Shown: piece by piece, positions 27,279 through 35,546 of the stretch | Position numbering within the stretch: the stretch's first letter is position 1 | Layout: each line of letters opens with the position of its first letter | NCBI GenBank assembly: GCA_963778955.1 | Contig: CAVZWI010000001.1 | Location: forward strand, 562,383 to 626,382 | Length of the DNA stretch: 64,000 nucleotides | Direction of reading: 5' to 3' | Origin: an uncultured Chloroflexia bacterium | GTDB taxonomy: Bacteria > Chloroflexota > Limnocylindria > Limnocylindrales > CSP1-4 | The notes under the pieces: model-generated | What the model saw: the letters and a program-made list of their open reading frames with translations, nothing else | Database searches by the model: none | Told to the model about the DNA's origin: nothing | Made by a program: the position numbers and the translations under genes

Positions 27279-28393
27279 ATGGACCACACGCTGATCCGTC
27301 GATCTCGTGTCCCGCGTCCACGCGACGTCGGGGCGTCTTTGACCTCGTCGGCAAGGCTGAGGAGCTGAGCGGACTCGACCAGCTCGCCTCAGCGCCCGAC
27401 TTCTGGAACGACTCTCGCGAGGCCAAGCGCGTGCTGCGCGCAGCCGACGGCCTGCGCGAGGAGGTGGTCGCCTGGAACGAGCTGATGGCCCGGGCCGACG
27501 ACCTGGCCGAGCTCTCCGAGATGGCGGCCGGCACCGCTGACCCGGAGATGGATGCCGGTGTGGAGGCCGAGTACACCGCCCTGGTGGCCGACTATGAGCG
27601 CATGCGCACGAGCCTGCTCTTCAGTGGCGAGTACGACGATTCGGACGCCTTCATCAGCATCAGCGCCGGTGCCGGCGGCACCGAGGCCACCGACTGGGCC
27701 GAGATGCTGCTGCGCATGTACCTGCGCTGGTGCGAGCGCCGCGGCTTCAAGACCGAGATCGTCGATCGGCTCGAGGGCGAGGAGACAGGCATCAAGAGCG
27801 CCACCGTGTCCGTCCACGGCAGGCGCGCCTATGGCTGGCTGCGCGCAGAGGTCGGCGTGCATCGCCTGGTCCGCATCAGCCCCTATGACTCACAGAGCCG
27901 GCGCCATACCACCTTCGTGCAGGTGGAGGTGCTGCCGGAGGTCGCGGAGGCAGCGGAGATCGAGGAGATCCCCGATGACGACCTCAAGGTCGATACCTAC
28001 CGCGCCCAGGGTGCCGGCGGTCAGCATGTGAACAAGACCAATTCGGCCGTGCGCCTCACGCACCTGCCGACAGGCATCGTGGCCCAGAGCCAGAACGAGC
28101 GCTCGCAGCACCAGAACCGCGAGGCGGCCATGAAGATCCTGCTGGCGCGCCTCCTGGAACGACGCATCGAGGAGCGCGAAGCGGAGATCCGTGAACTGAA
28201 GGGCGAGCACAAGGACGCCGGTTGGGGCAACCAGATCCGTTCGTACGTGCTGCATCCGTATCAGATGGTCAAGGACCACCGCACCGACCACGAGACCGGC
28301 AACACCAGCGCCGTCCTCGATGGTGACCTCGATGCCTTCATGGTGGCGGAGCTGGAGCGCGTGGCCACCGAACGGGAGGGTGGCACTGCCTGA
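27279..28393 (+). CDS. prfB: peptide chain release factor 2, expressed through a programmed +1 frameshift
   Basis: The body is ORF 27134..28393 from DLVGKAEEL...PDFWND... through SPF and GGQ (QGAGGQHVNKTNSAVRLTHLPTG). The short 0-frame leader ends ...SGRL-TGA at the CTT TGA C site. The N-terminal start is uncertain: ATG 27279 needs one extra indel near 27297, and GTG 27307 is the alternative. Confidence 0.9.
27330..27343 (+). promoter_or_regulatory. RF2 autoregulatory +1 frameshift site (GGGG CGT CTT TGA C)
   Basis: CTT (27337-27339) followed by TGA (27340-27342) then C, with an SD-like GGGG 3 nt upstream. The arrangement matches E. coli AGGGGG TAT CTT TGA C. The downstream frame GAC CTC GTC continues the RF2 sequence. 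Confidence 0.85.
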
Positions 28394-29264
28394 GTTGCGG
28401 GTCGCGACCGTCGCGGACATCCCGGCCATGCTGCAGGTCTTCTTCAACGCCATGGAGGACCTCGATGGGCGCCGTGGTCGGCCGCTCCAGCCGCGCAACG
28501 CCGCGCCCCTCGAGATGCATTTCGGGCATCTCCTCTCGACCGACCCGGGCAGCGCCCAAGTGGCCGATGACCACGGCCGCGTCGTCGCCTTCGGCATCGT
28601 CATGCGGCGGGGCAGCAGCGCCTTCCTCTCGTTCCTCTTCGTGGAACCGGGGTGGCAGGGCCGCAAGGTCGGCCGCGCGCTGCTGGATACCTGCCTGCGA
28701 GCGTGCCCCCGGATCGATCGCGTGGCCACCTGTGTCGAGGCCGACCAGCCTGTTTCCACCGGCCTCTACGCCTCGATGGGCATGGCGCCGCGTACACCCC
28801 TGTACCTGCTGCGTGGCGTGCTGCCCGACGCTGCCCTGCCCGATCTGCCGGCTGGGATCGGGCGCCGGCCGGTCGTCCCTACGTCGCTGGCGGCCTTCGA
28901 CCACGCGCTGATGGGCTATGAACGGCCTCAGGATCACGCCTTCTGGGCTCGCGAGCGCCAGGGTGTGATGTTCCACGACGATGCCGGCGGCGTGCTGGGC
29001 TACGGCTATGCCCAACCCAGCGGCCGCATCGGACCCGTGGCCGCGCTCGAGCCAAGCTACCTGCCCGCCTTCCTTGGTTACCTGGTGCGCCTCACGCCGG
29101 TGCTGGAAGGGCGCCAGCTGGTGGTGCCCGGCCACGCCATCAGCGTCCTCCGACCATTACTGGCGGTCGGCCTGCGCATCGACAGCGCGCCCGCCATCTA
29201 CTGCTCATCGGGGCCGGGTCCATACCTGGAGCGCTACCTTCCGATGAGCTACGCGCTGCTGTAG
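28380..29264 (+). CDS. GNAT-family N-acetyltransferase with an extra C-terminal domain
   Basis: ORF 28320..29264; start GTG 28380 or TTG 28395, just after the prfB stop. The acetyl-CoA motif is FVEPGWQGRKVGRALLD. Confidence 0.7.
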   Translation: MALPELRVATVADIPAMLQVFFNAMEDLDGRRGRPLQPRNAAPLEMHFGHLLSTDPGSAQVADDHGRVVAFGIVMRRGSSAFLSFLFVEPGWQGRKVGRALLDTCLRACPRIDRVATCVEADQPVSTGLYASMGMAPRTPLYLLRGVLPDAALPDLPAGIGRRPVVPTSLAAFDHALMGYERPQDHAFWARERQGVMFHDDAGGVLGYGYAQPSGRIGPVAALEPSYLPAFLGYLVRLTPVLEGRQLVVPGHAISVLRPLLAVGLRIDSAPAIYCSSGPGPYLERYLPMSYALL

Positions 29265-29303
29265 CCTCGCCATCAACCACCACCACCACGCACCGGAGAG
29301 ACG

Positions 29304-30179
29304 ATGGCCACCACGCTGAAGCTGCCCGACCCCGGGACCGAGATCGGTGCCGCCGTGGCGACTGCCCTGGCTGCCTGCGACGAGGCCGATGGCATCTCAA
29401 CCGCCTCATTCCGCCGCACCGTCAGGGTCGAGACCAAGGCTGACGCCTCCTTCGTGACCGAAGCTGACACGGCCGTAGAGCGGGCGATCCGCGAGCGCAT
29501 CACGCGACGTTTTCCCGACCACGGACTGGTGGGCGAGGAGTACGGGGAGGCACGCTCGGACAGCGGACGCCGCTGGATCATCGATCCCATCGACGGCACG
29601 CACAACTACATGCGTGGTGTGCCCATCTTCGCAACGCTGCTGGCGCTGGAGATCGAGGGCGAGATGGCGGTCGGTGTGGTCAGCGCCCCGGCGCTGCACC
29701 GGCGCTGGTTCAGCTGGCAGGGTGGGGGAGCCTGGGCAGTGGACACCAGGCCGGGCGGCTGGGACCCCGACTCGGCCGAGTCGCTGTCGGTGTCGGCGGT
29801 GGATTCGCTCGATGCCGCCTCGGTCGTCTATTCGTCCTATCCCAGCATCGTGGCATCGGGCCTCGCGCCGGGGTTCGGACCGCTGCTGGACCGGGTCTGG
29901 CGCGACCGGGGCCTGGGCGACTTCTACGGCTACATGCTGGTCGCCGAGGGCGCGGCGGAGGTGATGGTCGAATCCGAGCTCAAGCTGTGGGACCTGGCCG
30001 GGCCGCTGGCGGTGATGCAGCACGCCGGCGCGCGCGTCACCGACCTGGCCGGCGGGACCGACATGCCAGCGCGTGGCGTACTTGCCACCAACGGGCGCTT
30101 GCACGACGTCATCCTGGCCGAGCTCGGGGGCGCTGACGGGGTCGCGCTCCGACTTCGTGCTACGCTCCGCAGCCGATGA
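29304..30179 (+). CDS. inositol monophosphatase-family phosphatase (IMPase/HisN-like)
   Basis: 291 aa; motifs FVTEADTAVE, WIIDPIDGTHNY, WDLAGPLAV. Confidence 0.85.
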   Translation: MATTLKLPDPGTEIGAAVATALAACDEADGISTASFRRTVRVETKADASFVTEADTAVERAIRERITRRFPDHGLVGEEYGEARSDSGRRWIIDPIDGTHNYMRGVPIFATLLALEIEGEMAVGVVSAPALHRRWFSWQGGGAWAVDTRPGGWDPDSAESLSVSAVDSLDAASVVYSSYPSIVASGLAPGFGPLLDRVWRDRGLGDFYGYMLVAEGAAEVMVESELKLWDLAGPLAVMQHAGARVTDLAGGTDMPARGVLATNGRLHDVILAELGGADGVALRLRATLRSR

Positions 30180-31006
30180 GCGACGCCGTTTCCCGGGCCG
30201 TCGCCGGGCCACCTTGGGGGTCACCCCGGCCCGACCAGCTGCCAGCCCCAGCGGCTCCTGGACCCGTAGCGCCCGGAGCACCTGTCACCAGCCAGCAGCT
30301 GCCTCCACCAGCGAGGCACGATTCAGTGCGCCTCGAGGGCGTCACCAAGACCTATCCCAACGGCAAACAGGCCCTCATCGAGGTAGATCTGGTCATCCCC
30401 GAGGGTGACTTCATCTTCCTCGTCGGCCCCTCCGGCGCGGGCAAGTCCACGCTCATCAAGCTGCTGGTTCGGGATGAGAAAGCCAGTCAGGGTCGCGTCG
30501 CGGTCGCCGGCCACGATCTCAACCACATGAAGAAGCGCGACGTTCCCAGGCTGCGGCGCCGCATCGGCATCGTCTTCCAGGACTTCCGCCTACTGCCCCG
30601 AAAGACGGTCTACGAGAACGTCGCCTTCGCGCTGGAAGTCACCGGCACACCGCGCAAGCTGATGGAGCCCGCCGTCGAGCGCGCGCTGGCGCTGGTCGGC
30701 TTGACCGAGCAGGCCCGCCAGCGCCCCAACGAGTTGTCGGGCGGTGAGCAGCAACGCACCGCCATCGCCCGCGCCATGGTCCATGACCCACGTCTCATCA
30801 TCGCCGACGAGCCCACCGGGAACCTTGACCCACTCATCTCCTGGGAGATCATCCAGCTGCTGCTGCGCATCAACGAGATGGGCACGACCGTGATGATGGC
30901 CACCCACGACGCCGAGGTGGTGACGGCGCTACGCCGTCGCGTGGTAGCGCTCGAGGACGGACGCGTCGTGCGCGACGAGGTCGGCGGCTACCACCGTGAG
31001 TACTAG
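30176..31006 (+). CDS. ftsE: cell division ATP-binding protein FtsE (with a ~50-aa Pro-rich N-terminal extension if ATG 30176 is used)
   Basis: Walker A GPSGAGKST, signature LSGGEQQR, Walker B LIIADEPTGNLD. It precedes ftsX. ATG 30176 forms an ATGA overlap with the upstream stop; the alternative start is GTG ~30327. Confidence 0.9.
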   Translation: MSDAVSRAVAGPPWGSPRPDQLPAPAAPGPVAPGAPVTSQQLPPPARHDSVRLEGVTKTYPNGKQALIEVDLVIPEGDFIFLVGPSGAGKSTLIKLLVRDEKASQGRVAVAGHDLNHMKKRDVPRLRRRIGIVFQDFRLLPRKTVYENVAFALEVTGTPRKLMEPAVERALALVGLTEQARQRPNELSGGEQQRTAIARAMVHDPRLIIADEPTGNLDPLISWEIIQLLLRINEMGTTVMMATHDAEVVTALRRRVVALEDGRVVRDEVGGYHREY

Positions 31007-31018
31007 GGCGGCGCGCTG

Positions 31019-31903
31019 ATGCATTTCCTGCGATTCTCCGTGCGTCAGTCCCTGCAGGGCTTGTGGCGCAACCGGGTGATGAACATCGCCGCCACGGTCA
31101 CCATGGTGCTGATGCTGCTGATGTTGGCGGCGTTGGTGATCCTCATCGCCGGCGTCGAGTCCGGCCTCGAATACGTCGAGTCCAAGGTGGAGGTGACCGC
31201 CGAGTTGCACGACGGTGTGCTGGAGGAGCGCATCGCCGACTTGCAGACACGAGTGGCGGCACTTCCCGAGGTCGCCTCCGTCACCTACACAAGCAAGGAA
31301 GAAGCCCTGGCCGCGTTCATCGCCGCACGCGAAGCCGAGGGTCAGGATACGAGCGTCTACACCGGCCTCAACAACCCATTGCCGGCATATCTCACCGTGG
31401 AACTGCGGAACCCTCGCGAGTCGGAGGCGGTCACGGAGATGCTGCGATCGGAGACCGGCCTGGTGCGCTTCGTGCCCGATCAGCAGACGGGCATCGACAA
31501 ACTCGTCAGCCTGACCTCGCAGTTGCGTAACCTCGGCGTGGTCGTGCTCGGCTTCGCCGGTCTCACCGTGCTGCTCATCGTCATCAACAGCATCCGCATG
31601 GCCTTGATGGCACGGGCGCAGGAGATCGATATCATGCGCCTCGTCGGCGCGTCCGATCGCTACGTGCGCTGGCCCTTCATCCTCGAGGGCGTCTTCATCG
31701 GCCTCGCGGGTGCGGTCATCACGTTGCTGTTACTACTCGTCGCGTCGCCGCCGATCAGCGACCTCGCCAGCGACATCGCCGGCTCGGTGCCGCTCGGTTT
31801 CGACAAATCATTGACGATGCAGATCATGGGTATCGTGCTTGGCGCCGGTCTCGGCCTCGGCGGCTTGGGTGCCTGGATCAGCGTGCGCACGTACCTGCGC
31901 TAG
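31019..31903 (+). CDS. ftsX: cell division permease-like protein FtsX
   Basis: 294 aa. One N-terminal TM helix, a periplasmic domain and three C-terminal TM helices, directly after ftsE. Confidence 0.85.
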   Translation: MHFLRFSVRQSLQGLWRNRVMNIAATVTMVLMLLMLAALVILIAGVESGLEYVESKVEVTAELHDGVLEERIADLQTRVAALPEVASVTYTSKEEALAAFIAAREAEGQDTSVYTGLNNPLPAYLTVELRNPRESEAVTEMLRSETGLVRFVPDQQTGIDKLVSLTSQLRNLGVVVLGFAGLTVLLIVINSIRMALMARAQEIDIMRLVGASDRYVRWPFILEGVFIGLAGAVITLLLLLVASPPISDLASDIAGSVPLGFDKSLTMQIMGIVLGAGLGLGGLGAWISVRTYLR

Positions 31904-31922
31904 CACGACCTCTGATCAACGC

Positions 31923-33293
31923 ATGAACTCCCCCCGCGAACCGAGCCGCCCCGAGCAGGCCGAACAGGCGGACCAGGCGGAGCAGCCGCCGCCATCCCAG
32001 GCGCCCCGAGCCGCAGGTGGGCCGACCGTCGGCCTGATGGCCGTGGTGTTGCTGGCGGTCTCGGCGGCGGTGGTCTTCTGGGCTGGTCTTAGCCTCGGCA
32101 GCCAGGCCACCGGGCGCACCGCCGATGAGCGCGCTGCCGTCGAGGCCTTCAGTCAGACCTATCGCAGTATCACCGAACGGTTCATCGGAACGCCCGCGCC
32201 CAAGGCGTTGGTCGAGGGCGCCATCGAGGGCATGTTTGGAGTCCTCGGCGATCCCCACTCCGGCTACATGCCTCCTGGGCAGTTCGGTGCGGCGCTCGAC
32301 GATGCTCGCGGCGAGTTCGGGGGTGTCGGTGCGGTCATGGCCACCGAGGATGCTTCCGGCAAGCCATGTGAGCCCATCGGTGCGGGCTGCGAGTTGCGCG
32401 TGCTCGATGTTCTCGCTGGCGCGCCTGCGCAGGCGGCCGGCCTTGAGGTCGATGACCTCGTCACCGCTGTCGACGGTGAGGCGCTGGCGGGAAGCACCAT
32501 CGACGCTGCGGTGAGCCGGATCCGCGGCCCCCGCGGCAGTGAGGTGGTGCTCACGATCGAACGCGGCGGTCGAACGATCGACCTGGCTATCGAGCGTGAC
32601 ACGGTGGTCAGCGAGGATGTCCGCTCGGCCGTCCTGGCCGATGGGCGGGTCGGCTACCTGGCCATCGACAGCTTCGGCGTCAACGCCGCCGACCGCTTCA
32701 AGGCTGCCCTCCAGGAGCAACTCGACGCTGGAGTCGTAGGCTTCATCGTGGACGTGCGTGATGATCCAGGCGGCTTCGTCGACGCAGCGGTCGCTATCAG
32801 CAGCCAGTTCCTCGACGCTGGTGTGGTCTTCTGGGAAGAGGATGCGGCAGGCCGACAGACGGCCGTGAAGGTCATCGAGGGCGGCCTCGCCACCGACCCA
32901 GGGTTGCCGGTGGTGGTGCTGATGAATGGTGGCTCGGCATCGGCCAGCGAGATCCTGGCGGGGGCGCTCCAGGACTCCGGCCGTGCTCGCCTGCTGGGGG
33001 AGACGTCGTTCGGCAAGGGCACGGTCCAGGAGTGGACGGAATTGCCCGACGGCAACGGCGGCTTCCGTCTCTCGGTCGCGACCTGGCTGACGCCGCACAA
33101 GAACCCCATCGATGGCACCGGGTTGTCGCCCGATGTCGTCGTCCCCGCGACCGGCCAGCGCTTCCGGCCGAACATGGCTGGAGACGATCCGTCGCTGGAT
33201 GGCCAACTGCAGGCGGCCATCGCACTGCTGCTGGAGCAGCCGGTGCCTGGGGCGTCATCGTCCCCGTCTTCACCGGCGTCGCAGCTGCCGTAG
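31923..33293 (+). CDS. S41-family C-terminal processing peptidase (PDZ + peptidase domain)
   Basis: ORF 31839..33293; start ATG 31923 (MNSPREPS...). TM anchor, PDZ segment (GAPAQAAGLEVDDLVTAVDG), and catalytic region VVLMNGGSASASEILAGALQD...GETSFGKGTVQ. Confidence 0.85.
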   Translation: MNSPREPSRPEQAEQADQAEQPPPSQAPRAAGGPTVGLMAVVLLAVSAAVVFWAGLSLGSQATGRTADERAAVEAFSQTYRSITERFIGTPAPKALVEGAIEGMFGVLGDPHSGYMPPGQFGAALDDARGEFGGVGAVMATEDASGKPCEPIGAGCELRVLDVLAGAPAQAAGLEVDDLVTAVDGEALAGSTIDAAVSRIRGPRGSEVVLTIERGGRTIDLAIERDTVVSEDVRSAVLADGRVGYLAIDSFGVNAADRFKAALQEQLDAGVVGFIVDVRDDPGGFVDAAVAISSQFLDAGVVFWEEDAAGRQTAVKVIEGGLATDPGLPVVVLMNGGSASASEILAGALQDSGRARLLGETSFGKGTVQEWTELPDGNGGFRLSVATWLTPHKNPIDGTGLSPDVVVPATGQRFRPNMAGDDPSLDGQLQAAIALLLEQPVPGASSSPSSPASQLP

Positions 33294-33357
33294 GCCCCGG
33301 CGGTCGACCAGGCCGCGAGCACGTCCGGGTGCCGCAACACGATCGTCACATACCCCC

Positions 33358-33386
33358 TTGCCGAGAGACGCCGGTTGCGGTACCGT
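33358..33386 (+). promoter_or_regulatory. candidate sigma-70-type promoter (TTGCCG - 17 nt - TACCGT)
   Basis: Hexamers read directly from the sequence with 17-nt spacing. It lies upstream of a strong SD and a 15-codon ORF, and is followed by a hairpin. Confidence 0.3.
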
Positions 33387-33415
33387 TTCCCGTGAACGAA
33401 AGGAGGTGGTGTGCA

Positions 33416-33463
33416 ATGGATAGTCGTTTAAGTAGCTGCACCGCCTCGGAGGTTCGGCGCTAG
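33416..33463 (+). CDS. candidate 15-codon small ORF (MDSRLSSCTASEVRR) or the core of a small RNA
   Basis: AAAGGAGGTG lies 9 nt upstream of ATG 33416. The stretch is locally AT-rich, the stop is TAG 33461-33463, and a GC hairpin lies 30 nt downstream. There is no homology evidence. Confidence 0.2.
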   Translation: MDSRLSSCTASEVRR

Positions 33464-33493
33464 TCGAGCCGACCGGGTGGTGTATCGCCACGA

Positions 33494-33521
33494 GAACGCC
33501 GGCCCCTCTGGGCCGGCGTTC
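33494..33521 (+). terminator. perfect 12-bp GC-rich hairpin (GAACGCCGGCCC-CTCT-GGGCCGGCGTTC) without a clear U-tract
   Basis: Read directly from the sequence. It lies between ctpA/the small ORF and smpB. Confidence 0.4.
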
Positions 33522-33593
33522 GTTCGTCCCTGACGCCCCGGTGACGGGTCGCCTTCACTACCGCCATCGTGCCATCGCCCAAGGAGCCCATCG

Positions 33594-34055
33594 ATGGGCA
33601 AGACCGTCGCCCAGAACCGTAAAGCCCGCCACCTTTACACCATCGAGGACACCCTTGAGGCTGGCATCGAGCTGACCGGCACCGAGATCAAATCGGTTCG
33701 GGACAGCAATCTCAACCTCAAGGACGCCTACGCCAGGATCGAGCATGGTGAGGCGTGGCTGGTCGGTGTGCACATCGCGCCGTGGGCAGGCGGCAACCGC
33801 AACAACCATGAGCCGCTGCGCACGCGAAAGCTGCTGCTGCACCGTCGACAGATCGATGAGCTGCTGGGTCGCACCAAGGCCAAGGGACTCACGCTGGTGC
33901 CGCTCAGCGTCTACTTCAACGATCGCGGCAGGGCCAAGGTCGAGATCGGTCTGGCCCGCGGCAAGAAGAGCTACGACCACCGACGTGACATCGCCGACCG
34001 TGACGCCAGGCGGGACATGGACCGCGAGGTCGCCGACGCCATGCGCGGCCGTTGA
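33594..34055 (+). CDS. smpB: SsrA-binding protein
   Basis: 153 aa; [27 protein letters not shown]...KLLLHRRQI...VPLSVYF. Confidence 0.95.
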   Translation: MGKTVAQNRKARHLYTIEDTLEAGIELTGTEIKSVRDSNLNLKDAYARIEHGEAWLVGVHIAPWAGGNRNNHEPLRTRKLLLHRRQIDELLGRTKAKGLTLVPLSVYFNDRGRAKVEIGLARGKKSYDHRRDIADRDARRDMDREVADAMRGR

Positions 34056-34111
34056 CGACTGGCCCGACCCGGGACAGAACAGGCGTTCGACCGCTATAAT
34101 CAGGAATCCAT

Positions 34112-34488
34112 GGGGATGCGTGGTCTCGACAGGGCCCCAAACCCGAAGAACGCGAGTCGAGGTTGCCATCGGGCCTCGTTAATCAGGTGGCACCAAGAAG
34201 TAACTGGCAACAACCGCCAGCCTGCTCTCGCCCTCGCGGCCTAAGGCCGTAAGGTGAGCGTGGAAACGGCCTCGTCCTCGCGGGCCGCGGAAGCGTCACT
34301 TAGCGAGGATGCGCTCCGGGTCAGCGTCGCGTAGCTCGGAGTCAAGCCCGCAAGGGGACGTGACCTGGATCCTGCGGCACGGTGCCGATGCTGGTCCGCA
34401 GGATCGACGACAAATCATCGGATACGCTCGTAGTGGTCTTCGGCAGAAGGTTCTGGACGGGGAGTTCGACTCTCCCCCATCTCCACCA
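34112..34488 (+). ncRNA. ssrA: transfer-messenger RNA (tmRNA)
   Basis: The 5' end is GGGGATGCGTGGTCTCGACAGGG. The 3' T-arm and acceptor read GGACGGGGAGTTCGACTCTCCCCCATCTCCACCA. The internal tag ORF 34206-34244 is GGC AAC AAC CGC CAG CCT GCT CTC GCC CTC GCG GCC TAA, giving GNNRQPALALAA. A TATAAT box is at 34095-34100. It is immediately downstream of smpB. Confidence 0.9.
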
Positions 34489-34503
34489 ACTCGCAGATAC
34501 GGC

Positions 34504-34539
34504 ACGACCCCGTCGACTCGACGGGGTCGTTTTCGGTTT
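34504..34539 (+). terminator. intrinsic terminator after ssrA
   Basis: CGACCCCGTC-gactc-GACGGGGTCG stem-loop followed by TTTTCGGTTT. Confidence 0.75.
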
Positions 34540-34574
34540 GTGAAAGCTATATGCCCGCGTCGCGGGCCGTCAAG

Positions 34575-35546
34575 CTAGGCCTTGATGACGACGACGCGGC
34601 GCGTAGGCTCCTCGCCGATCGACTGCGTGGCGATGCCATCGACATCGCGCAACGCCAGGTGCACCCAGCGGCGCTCCAGCGCTGACATCGGCTCCAGCTG
34701 CAGCATCTGTCCGGTCTCGCTGACGCGTTCGGCAGCACGGGTAGCGACCTCGATCAGCTGGCGTTCACGACGACCGCGGTAGTCCTCGACATCCACGAGC
34801 ACGCGGGTCCAGGTGCCCATCTTGCGCGAGAGCATGAGGTTGACGAGATGCTGCAGCGCGGAGAGCCGCTCGCCCTTGCGGCCGATGAGCGCACCCAGCG
34901 CCTCCTTCTCCTCTTCGTCGGCGCCGTAGACGGTGATCTTGGCGGTGGCGCCGGTGGTGACCTCGACGTTGGCGTCGTAGCCCATCATCTCCACCAGTCG
35001 CTCCAGGATCTGTTTGCCGGCTTCGAGGGCCTGGGGTGATGTCTCGTCGTCCCCGGACGCCTCTGCCTTGGCCGTGGAACCGGCGGCCACGGCCGCCTCC
35101 AGCTCCGTCGCGGCAGCGGCGCTCACCGTCGAAGCCTCCGGCGAACGGCTGCCGCCGCGAGTGCGGCGTCCGCCATCGACAGCGCTACGCTCATCGCTCC
35201 GACGGCGAGGCCGGGGCTCCCGTGGCTTCTCGGACGGCGTGGCCTCCGCGGCTGGCTGTGGCTGACGTGGGCGATCGTCACGTGGTGGTGCCGCTGCCGG
35301 CGGCGGGGGCGGTGGCGGTGGCGGAGCCGTCTGTGCAGCCTGCTTCCTGGGAGTCGAGCCCCCAAGTGCGGACCGTGGCGCCGCGATGATGCGGGCGACT
35401 TCCGCACCCATGCCCAGCACGCCTCGGCTACCCTGCGTCAGGATCTCGAAATCAAGATCCTGCAAGCCGCTCACGCCGAACTCCTCGCGCGCGTTCTTCA
35501 GCGCCTCCTCGACCGTCTTGCCCGTGAACTCCTGGTATTCGCTCAT
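34575..35546 (-). CDS. jag: Jag/KhpB-like RNA-binding protein (Jag_N, KH, R3H)
   Basis: The tail of ORF 34575..35804 from ATG 35546 (MSEYQEFTGKTVEEALKNAREEFG...). It has a Pro-rich linker, KH-like GALIGRKGERLSALQHL and an R3H-like C-terminus. The ATGA overlaps the yidC stop. Confidence 0.85.
   Translation of the reverse strand: MSEYQEFTGKTVEEALKNAREEFGVSGLQDLDFEILTQGSRGVLGMGAEVARIIAAPRSALGGSTPRKQAAQTAPPPPPPPPPAAAPPRDDRPRQPQPAAEATPSEKPREPRPRRRSDERSAVDGGRRTRGGSRSPEASTVSAAAATELEAAVAAGSTAKAEASGDDETSPQALEAGKQILERLVEMMGYDANVEVTTGATAKITVYGADEEEKEALGALIGRKGERLSALQHLVNLMLSRKMGTWTRVLVDVEDYRGRRERQLIEVATRAAERVSETGQMLQLEPMSALERRWVHLALRDVDGIATQSIGEEPTRRVVVIKA

Noticed and set aside
29304-30179. IMPase-family gene as the PIP phosphatase of the inositol-lipid pathway
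   Set aside because: It lies 26 kb from the lipid operon in an unrelated context (GNAT/ftsEX). This family acts on soluble inositol or histidinol phosphates. I have no evidence linking it to the pathway.
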